A stretch of DNA of 41,467 nucleotides from the IMG/VR virus record IMGVR_UViG_3300036798_000159, positions 1-41,467 of that record. The stretch is one strand, 5' to 3'. A program made the position numbers and the translations under genes. The notes under the pieces are model-generated. The model made no database searches. It was not told where the DNA came from and saw nothing but the letters and a program-made list of their open reading frames with translations. Positions 9,611 through 18,259 of this stretch are shown piece by piece. The stretch's first letter is position 1, and every line of letters begins with the position of its first letter. The DNA is from a virus (lineage: Duplodnaviria > Caudoviricetes).

Positions 9611-9851
9611 GCGTGGCCTTCGTCGCCGGTGTTGCGGCCCTCGAAATTGGCCAACAGCTCGTGCAGGGCGGTGATCATTTCCTCACGCTTGGCGTTTGGA
9701 AATGTAATTCATCCGCCCGCCCGCGTTCTCGCCGACGTCGAAAATCAGCAAGGCGAAGCTGAAGCCTTCCGGCAACGCGCCGCCGATCCTGCCGCCAATC
9801 CTGGGCGACCTTGACGATTTTCGGATCAAGCGGGCCATGGTCGGGTTTCAT
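9607..9851 (-). pseudogene. Frameshifted small phage gene
   Basis: ATG overlaps the upstream stop and TGA overlaps the downstream start, but the span is 245 nt; coding sense is split over three frames. Confidence 0.5.
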
Positions 9852-10219
9852 CGGACTACCTGCACAACTACGATTTCAGCGGCGCGGGCCTGCGCAATCA
9901 TGTTGTCGGTCCCGTCATGGCCGGGGAAGGCAATCACCACGTCCGGTTGGCCTTCGGCGATCATTTGCGCGTTGCGGATCGGACCGGCGGCGTGTCCCTG
10001 CTGATCCCATTTGGCGGGGTAGCGTTCCACCGGCACGCCGCGTTCAATCGCCCATTTGTCGGCGAGCTTGTCGGCGCCGCGATAGTCGCCATGGATCACC
10101 ACCGCGTGTTCCGGGTGGAGGATTAGGGCGTCCAGGGCGCGCTTCACCGCCTCATAGCTTTTGAAGTCGCGTCCGCCGCAAACAAGGTAGCGGGTGCGGT
10201 TCTTTCCCCAAGCGGTCAT
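9848..10219 (-). CDS. SLOG-family protein (DUF2493/YspA-like)
   Basis: LVCGGRDF, VIHGD.RGAD, AGPIRN, VIAFPG..GT..M motifs. Confidence 0.85.
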   Translation of the reverse strand: MTAWGKNRTRYLVCGGRDFKSYEAVKRALDALILHPEHAVVIHGDYRGADKLADKWAIERGVPVERYPAKWDQQGHAAGPIRNAQMIAEGQPDVVIAFPGHDGTDNMIAQARAAEIVVVQVVR

Positions 10220-10461
10220 TGCAGTTCGCCCGGCTGCTGAAACTGCTGCTCGATGTAGTTGAGAACGGCTTTGGCGGCGTCCAGCATTTGCTTAGCAGCG
10301 CGAGGATCATGCGCCATAAAATCAGCCATGATGTCTTTTGCTGACAAGTCTGGTGGACGCGGAAATCGGCCTACGGATTCCGCGATCCGCAAGGCGATTT
10401 CGTCTTGGTCGAATTCGATGAAAAACGTGCCTTTACGGCGGCCAACCTCAACTGTCTTCAT
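10216..10461 (-). CDS. Hypothetical protein
   Basis: 81 aa; overlaps its neighbours. Confidence 0.55.
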   Translation of the reverse strand: MKTVEVGRRKGTFFIEFDQDEIALRIAESVGRFPRPPDLSAKDIMADFMAHDPRAAKQMLDAAKAVLNYIEQQFQQPGELQ

Positions 10462-11192
10462 CCCACGGCCTCCAGGCGCCCGCCTGCCTGCTGGCGGCGC
10501 AAATAGGAATCCTCGGCGGTGATGTAGGGGACGCGGTGGCCAGCGGAGCGGGCGGCGCTCATCCAGGCGGACACCACTTTGCGGTCCGTCTCGCCGGTCT
10601 GCTCCAGGATGGATTCCCAGGTGGCGCCTTCCATGGCCAGCCGCATCGCGAGGTTACGGCGGTCCAGGTAGGCTTGTTTGCTGATCCCGCGTTTCTCGGC
10701 GGCGCGCTCGGCCATGGTGTGGCCTTGGGTGGTCGAAATATCGTCCACGGTCACGGGCCACGCGCGGGCGTCCTGGCCACCTTTCGGCATGAGTTTGACG
10801 CGCTTCGGGATCGGGGCGCCCGCCTTTCGGGCGGCGGCGAGCGCATGATAAACGGTGTGCGGATCAAGCCTGAGGTCAAAGGCGATCTGGCGGGGCTCGA
10901 CGCCTTCAATCCGCATTTTCACGATCTCCATTTCCAGGCTCTCGGTGGGCGGCGCGCGGCCCGTCCGGGTCTGCGGCGCCTGGAGCTGGGCGGGCTGATT
11001 GATACGGGGAATAGCCTGCTGCGGCGCGGCGGCCTGGGGTGTTGCCGAATAGGTGGCGGCGGTGGTCAAGGCCAGATGGATCACCGCATCCCGCATCGGG
11101 CCAACCGGGATCACCGCGAACGCTTCCATAAGCTCGGCGGCGCCGGGGAGGATGGCGAAGCGGGCCAACACCTCCATGTCGATATTGCTCAA
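10458..11192 (-). CDS. Putative DNA-binding protein with two HTH-like segments
   Basis: PRQIAFDLRLDPHTVYHALAAARKAG and WESILEQTG..RKVVSAWMSAARSAG; TTG start with GGAG RBS. Confidence 0.6.
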   Translation of the reverse strand: MSNIDMEVLARFAILPGAAELMEAFAVIPVGPMRDAVIHLALTTAATYSATPQAAAPQQAIPRINQPAQLQAPQTRTGRAPPTESLEMEIVKMRIEGVEPRQIAFDLRLDPHTVYHALAAARKAGAPIPKRVKLMPKGGQDARAWPVTVDDISTTQGHTMAERAAEKRGISKQAYLDRRNLAMRLAMEGATWESILEQTGETDRKVVSAWMSAARSAGHRVPYITAEDSYLRRQQAGGRLEAVG

Positions 11193-11212
11193 GGTCTAGT
11201 CTCCGGTGTGTG

Positions 11213-11413
11213 TCAGTTGGTTTTAACATAGGCCTTGCGGCTGCTGTCATAGCGCAGCTCGCCGGGGTGCTTGGCGCGATAGAGCGAAAGGTCGGCGGAG
11301 GCCTGGGCGCGGGATACCGCGAAGGCGGCCATAAGGTCGCGGCCACGGATCGAGCCTGCGGTGCGCAGGTGGCCGCGTATGTAGTCCTGCCGCCAATCCT
11401 GCGCCCACGTCAT
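11213..11413 (-). CDS. Stand-alone winged HTH resembling the CapW/BrxR N-terminal domain
   Basis: R.DLM..F.VS..QAS.DL.LY...HPG.L.YD.S.K.Y pattern; 66 aa; no WYL domain. Confidence 0.65.
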   Translation of the reverse strand: MTWAQDWRQDYIRGHLRTAGSIRGRDLMAAFAVSRAQASADLSLYRAKHPGELRYDSSRKAYVKTN

Positions 11414-11652
11414 GGATGCGGCTCCGCCATGAAGTCGTGCGCCCAATCCTGCCGGTAGGTGCAGACGGGACAAACCCAACCCTCGGCGGTGGCCACAAGC
11501 TGGCCGAAGTCCTGGTCGGGGTGCTGGAGCTGATAGGCGACGTGCGCCGCGTCCGTCCGATCATTGCCGCAGGTGAAGCCGTGCACGCGGTCATTGGCCT
11601 GCCACGCGTTCAAGGCGTGCACCTGCTCGGGGGTGAACGGGGCGCGGATCAT
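11410..11652 (-). CDS. Hypothetical Cys/His (Zn-binding) protein
   Basis: HGFTCG...GWVCPVCTYRQDWAH. Confidence 0.65.
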   Translation of the reverse strand: MIRAPFTPEQVHALNAWQANDRVHGFTCGNDRTDAAHVAYQLQHPDQDFGQLVATAEGWVCPVCTYRQDWAHDFMAEPHP

Positions 11653-11819
11653 ATGGCGTCATTCCCGGTGTCCTGGCGGCGCTTCAATTCCCAAACGGTC
11701 GCCATAGCCTGACTTAGGAATCTGTCGGCTTCGCGGAGGCGGATTTGTGCCTGCCCGACGTCATTTCTGAGCGACTCCAGCAAGGTCTTGGTTGTGGAAA
11801 AGGAAGGGTCGTCACTCAT
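11649..11819 (-). CDS. Small coiled-coil hypothetical protein (not in ORF track)
   Basis: 56 aa MSDDPSF...NDAI; overlaps neighbours at both ends. Confidence 0.5.
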   Translation of the reverse strand: MSDDPSFSTTKTLLESLRNDVGQAQIRLREADRFLSQAMATVWELKRRQDTGNDAI

Positions 11820-12091
11820 GGCGCGCACGCCTCTATCGCCTCGGTGAGGTCGGCGAAAACGTCGCTCAAGAAATCGGCAAGATAGCTCCGTTCATCCATG
11901 CCACGAATGAACGCGATCAAATCCGCCAGCTCGTTAGCAATGTGGCCAGCGTTGGTGAGGTTGAAAACGCTGACCGGCGGCATGGTCTGCGCGCTGATCG
12001 GAACCGCGATCACGCCAAGCTTGTCTGTGGTCGCCTGGAACCTGATCCCGTCATAATTCGGGTGGACCGGATCATCGTCGCGGGTGGCCAT
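11816..12091 (-). CDS. Hypothetical protein
   Basis: 91 aa ORF within the operon. Confidence 0.5.
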   Translation of the reverse strand: MATRDDDPVHPNYDGIRFQATTDKLGVIAVPISAQTMPPVSVFNLTNAGHIANELADLIAFIRGMDERSYLADFLSDVFADLTEAIEACAP

Positions 12092-12094
12092 GGC

Positions 12095-12460
12095 CTAACC
12101 CTGCTGGGTCCAGTGGCGTTGCCAACCGATCGCGGCCATGACGTTGTTAATTGTCACGTTCTGCGGGCGTTTGGTTCCCTTGTAAAACCACGCCAACAAA
12201 GTATGGCGTGAGACACGGTGGCCATTTTTTTCAGTCTCTTTCTAGATGCGCTCCAGTGTCCAGCCGGATTGTTCGATGGCGGAGAGCACGAAGTCTAATT
12301 CCGGGTCTTTGTCGATCCACGAATATTCCAGCCATGATTGCGCCGGGATGAAATTGACATGCGCCTTTGGCATCGGCTTGGCCCATCGCGCTTGCGACAC
12401 GTAGTTGTGCAGGGCGGGATTTTTAGTCCCTCCGGTGTTGTCCACGGCGAGAGCTGGCAT
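12095..12460 (-). pseudogene. XRE-type HTH protein interrupted by an in-frame TAG
   Basis: ...DKDPELD...TLERI*KETEKNGHRVSRHTLLAWFYKGTKRPQNVTINNVMAAIG; TAG at 12244-12242. Confidence 0.7.
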
Positions 12461-12486
12461 CGCTGAAAATCTCCGGTGTGTGTGGG

Positions 12487-13164
12487 TCATGTGGGTAACA
12501 GGGTTAGAGCTAAGGCCACGGCTTTCTTGAGGTCCGCGACGGCCTCGGGGCCTTCCTCGGCGGCGACGGGTGCAAGGCTTTTCAAGCCAAGCTGGAAACC
12601 CTCAATCACCTCGTCGCGGGTGGCCTCGCGGCCTTCCCGCCACCACGAGGCGCGGACCGGCGCGCCAAGTTTAAACAGCGTGCCGTTCTCCACCTCGAAA
12701 AGCTTGTAACTGAGGGTGTGCCAAATCAGCGTGACGCCGGGATTGTGCTTGATGAAGATACCCGGCGCGTCCTGGAAATCGGCGCGTTCCTGGAGGTCTT
12801 CCATCCCTGGCCGCTTAGCCAGCGGGCGCGAGAGGAACGGGCACGCCACCACGGCGAACGCGGCGCATTGCGGGTGCTCGGGCGGCTCGGCGCTAACCCG
12901 GTTCACGGAACACATGGGGCCGATCGTGAAAGCTAGCATTCGGCCAAGCTTGCCACCGCATATCCAACAGCGGCGCTGCTTGACGCATTGGCTCATGCGG
13001 CGGGTGTCGGCGACGCGAAAGTCAGGCTCTCCGTCGATCCATTGAACAAAGTACGGGACCGGGAATCCGCGCTTATCGACGGGGAGCCTTGCGATACTCG
13101 GCGGCGCGTCGGGGAAACGAGAAATGGCGCGCGCGGCGGGGTTGGTCTGCTGGTGAACACTCAT
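12487..13164 (-). CDS. Conserved hypothetical phage protein with Cys motifs
   Basis: RGFPVPYFV, CWICGGKLG, EPPEHPQCA..A..ACPFL. Confidence 0.7.
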   Translation of the reverse strand: MSVHQQTNPAARAISRFPDAPPSIARLPVDKRGFPVPYFVQWIDGEPDFRVADTRRMSQCVKQRRCWICGGKLGRMLAFTIGPMCSVNRVSAEPPEHPQCAAFAVVACPFLSRPLAKRPGMEDLQERADFQDAPGIFIKHNPGVTLIWHTLSYKLFEVENGTLFKLGAPVRASWWREGREATRDEVIEGFQLGLKSLAPVAAEEGPEAVADLKKAVALALTLLPT

Positions 13165-13230
13165 GTTTTGAGCTTCATTCCGGTGTGCGTTGCGCGCCAT
13201 TGGTCGCCGATCTTTCTGCTACATGCAAGT

Positions 13231-14133
13231 TTAAGCTGTGCGGCGAACGCTCCCCGGACCTTGTGCAAGGTTGTTCTGCCGCGACTCCGCGAGCCTCGCG
13301 CTAAGGTCTTCGACGTCGCTGAATTGCTCCAGCTCGAAACCTTCAATCAGGATGCTTTTGCGCCCGCTGGCTTCCAGTTGCTTGATCAGGCTGAGGTCGC
13401 GATCGGTGACGTAGGCGTTCCAGGCGCGCGCGGTGGCGGTGAACACAACCTCAGGCTTAAGGGTGGCGCGCTGGGCGGTGCGAACGCTGTGATAGAAATA
13501 CCATTCGCGAAGCGACAAGCGCGGATCGCCCTTCTTCATATCCTCGCCGGTCTTCACGCCACTAAGGAAGCTGTCGGCCTGTTGCTGGTAGCGGCCATGG
13601 CCTTCGTTGGCCAAGAACAGCACGGAGCCTAGCGGGCTGCGCGGGAGCGGGGTTTCGGTGGCGCCGATCTTGGCGGCAAGGTCGGCGATCGACGGGTGAT
13701 TGTGAACAAACTGCACAAGCGCAGCTTTCGGGGCGCCATAATTCACCGTAGTGCCTGCGGCGTAGTTCCAGGCCAGCCGGGCGAGTGCAGCCACAAGCGT
13801 GCTGTAAGCGTAGTTCTGAGCGCCTAGCACGTCGCCAACGGTGCGGGCGCGGCCCGAGTCCATCGTCTCGAAGCGTTCTTGCGGCACGCCTCGGACCACG
13901 AACATTTCCACCGCGAGGTTGGCCATAACGATCGCATGGAGGCGGTGCTGTCCGTCTAGCAGGGTGCCGTCTGGCGCGAGGATGATCCCCTGGCCATTGG
14001 TGTTCCAGCGTCCGGCCTGCATTTCGTGGGCGTAGCGGCGGATCAGGGTCCGGGTGGTTGGGCGGTTCGCGCCGTTCTTATCCAGCATGGCGCGCGCCTG
14101 AGCTGGCGTGATGGTTTCAACAGAGCCGATCAT
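13231..14133 (-). CDS. ParB-N/DGQHR-domain protein
   Basis: TITP..A..ML..N..NRP; LLDGQHRLHAIV; D.GRART. Confidence 0.8.
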   Translation of the reverse strand: MIGSVETITPAQARAMLDKNGANRPTTRTLIRRYAHEMQAGRWNTNGQGIILAPDGTLLDGQHRLHAIVMANLAVEMFVVRGVPQERFETMDSGRARTVGDVLGAQNYAYSTLVAALARLAWNYAAGTTVNYGAPKAALVQFVHNHPSIADLAAKIGATETPLPRSPLGSVLFLANEGHGRYQQQADSFLSGVKTGEDMKKGDPRLSLREWYFYHSVRTAQRATLKPEVVFTATARAWNAYVTDRDLSLIKQLEASGRKSILIEGFELEQFSDVEDLSARLAESRQNNLAQGPGSVRRTA

Positions 14134-14330
14134 TTTGGGTCTTCCGTGTGTGTGGACTGAGGACGCACATGAAATTGCGCAACAGCCTTAAGCACAACGT
14201 ATTTTTTGCCGGGGTGACATTTCGCCAGCCTGTGCGCCTCGGTAAGTGCAATCTCGGCGGTGGCGTGACGGCGCTGCGGATTGGCGCCGTAAGGCGTCCA
14301 GACAAGGAAAAAGCCGTCCTCCAGGATCAC
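14130..14330 (-). CDS. Hypothetical phage protein
   Basis: FFLVWTP..PQRRHAT...A..EA.RLA..HPG..Y.VL. Confidence 0.6.
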   Translation of the reverse strand: MILEDGFFLVWTPYGANPQRRHATAEIALTEAHRLAKCHPGKKYVVLKAVAQFHVRPQSTHTEDPK

Positions 14331-14452
14331 GGGTAAAGGCCGGTCAGCAACGCCGCTGCGAAGGCGATCCCGCCAACACCGGCGATGATCACCACGAGGT
14401 CAACGAGGCTCCAGAAGAGCGCGAAAACGCCGGTGTGGCTGTGACGGTCCAT
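14327..14452 (-). CDS. Small membrane peptide (not in ORF track)
   Basis: 41 aa MDRHSHTGVFALFWSLVDLVVIIAGVGG...; stop overlaps next start. Confidence 0.45.
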   Translation of the reverse strand: MDRHSHTGVFALFWSLVDLVVIIAGVGGIAFAAALLTGLYP

Positions 14453-14454
14453 GG

Positions 14455-14685
14455 CTAGTGCATGATCCCGCCGATAACGTCGGCGTCGCGGAAGGCGTTG
14501 CGCAGGTGTCGCACCTCCTGAGGGGTGAATTCCATGGCGCCGTCCGGCCCGGTGATCGCGAACAGTGGAGGCTTTAAGCTGAGGTCAACGGTCATGGTTA
14601 GGCGCCCCATAGGGGTTTCGACATCTAGCAACGTATAAGGCGCGTGATCGCCGCAGGTGCTTGTCACCTTGGGGCCTCCCAACAA
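14455..14685 (-). CDS. Hypothetical protein
   Basis: Up to 76 aa; start uncertain. Confidence 0.45.
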   Translation of the reverse strand: MLGGPKVTSTCGDHAPYTLLDVETPMGRLTMTVDLSLKPPLFAITGPDGAMEFTPQEVRHLRNAFRDADVIGGIMH

Positions 14686-14763
14686 GCGGGTGCTAACCCC
14701 CTAATTGGTTGCGCTTTCTCCGGCTAAGTCAATTCGCCGACAAAGAAAAGCAAAGTCTATTGT

Positions 14764-15351
14764 CTAGCTTACGAAGGTAGCAAGTTGCTCGGTTACTATC
14801 CGGTCCGGGATCAGGGCGATAACGCGGGCCGCCCACACAATTTTTTGATCCGTCATCGGGAGCTGGTTTCTCAGGCTGAACAGATGGAAGAGTCCGGGTG
14901 TGGCGCTCGGCATGACGATGCGCATAAGCCGCTGCTGGGTCTTCAGCTCCACGACACATAGGCGCCCGACGATATCAGTCGGGAGCGCCTTGACCTGGGG
15001 CTGATCGTAAATCGCGAGCTGCCTATGCAGGCCATCCATGACCACGAGCGCCCGCGTAATGGCGCTTGGCGCTGAGGGAAACGCCACGGTTTCGCCGGTC
15101 GCCTCGCCGCAAACATTGAACACCGGCACGCGATCGCGAAGGGCGTCTTCGCGGCCATACAAGAGGAATTCCGGGGTGAGGCCAAAGAACCGCGCATACT
15201 GATCTGCACGCCGGGCGGGCAGGAACTTCTCGGCCCGTTCGTGCACGGTATAAGTTGGAACCGGGACGCCGATAGCTTCGGCGGCGTCCTTTGCAGTTGC
15301 GTAGCCATTGGCTTCGCGCGCGGTCTTCAACCGCTCTCCTGGTGTGCTCAT
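14764..15351 (-). CDS. CI-like repressor (XRE HTH plus C-terminal domain)
   Basis: GERLKTAREANGYATAKDAAEAIGVPVPTYTVHER...YARFFGLTPEFLLYG; divergent from the cro-like gene. Confidence 0.85.
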   Translation of the reverse strand: MSTPGERLKTAREANGYATAKDAAEAIGVPVPTYTVHERAEKFLPARRADQYARFFGLTPEFLLYGREDALRDRVPVFNVCGEATGETVAFPSAPSAITRALVVMDGLHRQLAIYDQPQVKALPTDIVGRLCVVELKTQQRLMRIVMPSATPGLFHLFSLRNQLPMTDQKIVWAARVIALIPDRIVTEQLATFVS

Positions 15352-15454
15352 TACCCTTCCCCACGGTAGCAAAAGTTCTAGGCCTTATGAGGCCTCAACG
15401 CGCAAAAACGTGAAACGTTATCATAGCTCTACAATAAGTTAACAGTTGCTTTCT

Positions 15455-15475
15455 GATAATCGGTTTTCGATTATC
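15455..15475. promoter_or_regulatory. Operator-like palindrome GATAATCG-N5-CGATTATC
   Basis: Perfect 8-bp inverted repeat between cI and cro-like genes, just downstream of the -35-like TTGCTT (15446). Confidence 0.65.
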
Positions 15476-15482
15476 CGCCGCC

Positions 15483-15707
15483 ATGCGAACCCATGCGGAA
15501 ATTCTGCGGGACGGCGGAGGGTGGAAAGCCGTTCGCGATCAGCTCGGACTCAAGTCCGACGACGCCAAAGTCAAGTTTTGGTTTTTCCGCGATAGCATCC
15601 CGGCGGAGTGGTTCACGGCGCTGGCGGCGCTCAACCTGACCACGGTTGAAGAGCTGGCCCTGGCCGCGCACCGGCGGCGGTATCTCAAAGAACAGGACGC
15701 AGCGTGA
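15483..15707 (+). CDS. Cro-like transcriptional regulator
   Basis: GGWKAVRDQLGL....VKFWFFRDSIPAEWF..L; divergent from cI. Confidence 0.75.
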   Translation: MRTHAEILRDGGGWKAVRDQLGLKSDDAKVKFWFFRDSIPAEWFTALAALNLTTVEELALAAHRRRYLKEQDAA

Positions 15708-16024
15708 GTGTCGCGCCCGCCAAACCGGCGGCCCCTGCGCCTGCGCCAAATCCTGAGCTGGAGCGCGTCCGTGATCCGTTCCGCCTGCCGAAAATGCGAC
15801 GCGCCATGCACCTGCTAGTGCCGCGAAAATACGGTGAACGGGTGGTGGAGGCTTACGTCACGGTCACGGAGCTGAAAGCCGGGGTGCAACTGGTCCTGGA
15901 CGTCGATGGTGATGGGATCGGGGTGAAGTCGGTCCAGCTCTCCATCCCTGAGGCGAACCGGCTGGCCGAAATGCTGAACGAGATTCGGCGCCGGGTGGTG
16001 AAGCGCGGGGAGTGGGTTCCATGA
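15704..16024 (+). CDS. Hypothetical protein
   Basis: 106 aa, translationally coupled. Confidence 0.6.
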   Translation: MSVAPAKPAAPAPAPNPELERVRDPFRLPKMRRAMHLLVPRKYGERVVEAYVTVTELKAGVQLVLDVDGDGIGVKSVQLSIPEANRLAEMLNEIRRRVVKRGEWVP

Positions 16025-16509
16025 CTCATTTGATCCTGGCGATTGATCCCGACGCGTTCGGCGCCCTGGCGCTGATGGATCGGGAAAGCGGCGAGCTGGT
16101 CGAGGTGATCGACATGCCGCAGGCGAACGTCAAACCGGCGCGGCTGGTGGACCTTCGCCAGCTCGCCGGGATCATTGATCAATGGTCGGAAAAGATTGGC
16201 GAAGCCTACGTTGAGAAGGCCTGGGCGCGGCCTCGTGATCCGCCGTCGTTCGCCTTCCGGGTTGGCCACAACTTCGGCGGTGTCTGTGGTGTGGTGAACG
16301 CCCATTTCATCCGTCTGCACCTTGCCACGCCGCAGGCCTGGAAGAAGGCCATTGGGGTCACGAGCGACAAGGAAACTTCGCGCCAAGAGGCGTCGCTGCG
16401 CTTCCCGGCGGACTGTCGCCGGTGGGCGCTGAAAAAGCATCATGGCAGAGCGGAGGCGGTGCTGCTGGCCAGCTATGGGCGGAGCCTGCTGCTGCGTGAG
16501 GCGGCATGA
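16021..16509 (+). CDS. RuvC-like Holliday junction resolvase
   Basis: LILAIDP..GALA, AYVEK, TPQAWKKAIG, HGRAEAVLLA. Confidence 0.85.
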   Translation: MTHLILAIDPDAFGALALMDRESGELVEVIDMPQANVKPARLVDLRQLAGIIDQWSEKIGEAYVEKAWARPRDPPSFAFRVGHNFGGVCGVVNAHFIRLHLATPQAWKKAIGVTSDKETSRQEASLRFPADCRRWALKKHHGRAEAVLLASYGRSLLLREAA

Positions 16510-16868
16510 TGTTGCACGAGCGCTGCAAGCAACTGATCCGAATGCTGGCCTCGCCGGTAGACGGTGAGGTGCTGACGGCGGCGCGCAAGCTGGCGATCGC
16601 GCTGAAAGTCGATGGTCACGACTTCCACGATCTGGCGGACGGCAAGCCATGGGGCGCGAAGAGCTATGCGCCACCGCCGCCACCGCCGCGCGAGCGCAGC
16701 GCCCGCGAAACCCTGGCGGAGCTGCTGAAGCTGAATCCGGTTCGGATGCGGCCTCGCGAGCGGGAATTCCTGGAGCGGCTGACGTCCTGGGATGGAGCCT
16801 TCACGGAAAAACAAGCCGCGTGGCTTCGGCGGCTGGAGGAAACCTATCTCGGGCGGAGGGCGGCATGA
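16506..16868 (+). CDS. Hypothetical phage protein
   Basis: LIRMLASPVDGEVL.A...REREFL...TEKQ.AWL motif. Confidence 0.65.
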   Translation: MMLHERCKQLIRMLASPVDGEVLTAARKLAIALKVDGHDFHDLADGKPWGAKSYAPPPPPPRERSARETLAELLKLNPVRMRPREREFLERLTSWDGAFTEKQAAWLRRLEETYLGRRAA

Positions 16869-17554
16869 GATTGCTAGACCTGTTCTGCGGCGCCGGGGGC
16901 GCGACGCGCGGCTATCAGCGGGCGGGCTTCCACGTCACCGGCATAGATAACAAGCCGCAGCCGCACTATTGCGGCGACGTGTTCATTGAAGCGGACGCGC
17001 TGTCGATCCGCCCGGAATGGATCGCCGAAAACTTCGATGCGGTGCACGCGAGTCCACCCTGCCAATTCGCCACCGCCATGCGCTATGCGCCGGGGGCGAA
17101 ACAGCATCCCAACCTGATCCCGGAAACCCGGACCTTGCTCCAGGCCACCGGCCTGCCGTGGGTGATCGAAAACGTCGATGCGCGGTTGGCGCGCGAGTCC
17201 ATGCCTGGTTCTTTGCGGCTGTGCGGAACAAGCTTCGGCTTAGGCGCGGAAGGTTGCGAGCTGCGGCGTCACCGGCGATTCCTGTCGAACGTGCTGCTGT
17301 TCGGCCAGCCCTGCCAGCACTATCCCGGCGCGGCGGTGATCGGCGTCTACGGGGGTCACGCGCGCCTGCGGGCGGCCAAGCACGGCGGGCGCGGCACGAA
17401 AGAGGTGTGGGCGACCGGACACCTCCAGGCGGCCTCTACAGCGCTGGGAATAGACTGGATGACGCTGGCCGAAATGTCGGAGGCGATCCCGCCGGAATTC
17501 ACGAAATATGTGGGTAATCAGCTCCGGCGGTTCGTCGTCGCGAAGGCGGCTTAG
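16865..17554 (+). CDS. DNA cytosine-C5 methyltransferase-like protein
   Basis: Motif I LDLFCGAGG, motif IV ASPPCQ, motif VI VIENV, RRHRRF. Confidence 0.85.
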   Translation: MRLLDLFCGAGGATRGYQRAGFHVTGIDNKPQPHYCGDVFIEADALSIRPEWIAENFDAVHASPPCQFATAMRYAPGAKQHPNLIPETRTLLQATGLPWVIENVDARLARESMPGSLRLCGTSFGLGAEGCELRRHRRFLSNVLLFGQPCQHYPGAAVIGVYGGHARLRAAKHGGRGTKEVWATGHLQAASTALGIDWMTLAEMSEAIPPEFTKYVGNQLRRFVVAKAA

Positions 17555-17737
17555 ATGGGGCGCCAGCTCGGACAATCGGAATTCTGGACACTCTACCGGC
17601 AAGAGGTCGTGCGGCGCCTGCTGCATGACGGTCTGCCGCGCGCGCTGATCGCGGAGCGGCTGGGGATCACTATTGGAATCCTGCGGGACGGGATTCATCG
17701 CTTCAAGCTGTCGGAGCGGTCGAATGCGCAGGGATAA
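17555..17737 (+). CDS. Small HTH protein, GcrA N-terminus-like
   Basis: FWT.....VRRLLHDGLPRALIAERLGIT. Confidence 0.6.
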   Translation: MGRQLGQSEFWTLYRQEVVRRLLHDGLPRALIAERLGITIGILRDGIHRFKLSERSNAQG

Positions 17738-17754
17738 GCTGGCGGAAGCGGCCC

Positions 17755-17952
17755 ATGGGTAAGCTGCCGCTCGGATTCTGGACGGTCGAACGCTGCGATG
17801 AGGCGCGTTATCGGCTGATGGCTGGAGCGTCACGCGAGGTCGTGGCGGCGAAGCTGGGCGTCACCGTTAAACAGCTCGGCTATGCGCTTGGAAATCATTA
17901 CATTTTGCAGCCGTATCCGGCCTATCGGTCGAGGCGGGCGCGTCGTGGGTAA
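17755..17952 (+). CDS. Small HTH protein, GcrA N-terminus-like
   Basis: FWTVER...LMAGASREVVAAKLGVT. Confidence 0.6.
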   Translation: MGKLPLGFWTVERCDEARYRLMAGASREVVAAKLGVTVKQLGYALGNHYILQPYPAYRSRRARRG

Positions 17953-18208
17953 GCTGCTGGACGCCTTGTCGCCAAGTTCGTCCTACGCGGCGAAGAAAAC
18001 CGACCTGTGGCCGGAGCTGTGCGACCGGATCGCCGGTGCAATGTGGCCCGCTGTGCTCGATGATTTCGAGGTGTGGCTAGAGCTGCACGAAATGGAAATC
18101 CCCTATCCCTGGCGCGAGCCTTTGGCGGAGCTGGTTGAGAAGCGACGCGAAGAGCTGGCGGACGAAGATATCGGCCTGATCGTCCGTGATCGGTTCGATT
18201 TCACCTGA
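17945..18208 (+). CDS. Hypothetical protein
   Basis: GTG start overlapping the upstream stop; 87 aa. Confidence 0.55.
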   Translation: MGKLLDALSPSSSYAAKKTDLWPELCDRIAGAMWPAVLDDFEVWLELHEMEIPYPWREPLAELVEKRREELADEDIGLIVRDRFDFT

Positions 18209-18259
18209 GGGTGAGGTCGCGGCGGGCCTGCCGTCGCATGGTGTTGTGAGGTGTTGAAA

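Noticed and set aside
12242-12244. Genome-wide TAG recoding
   Set aside because: TAG terminates many core genes (MCP, portal, ejection proteins), with the next gene starting immediately after
15436-15450. CtrA binding box
   Set aside because: Only a TTAAC half-site; no TTAA-N7-TTAA
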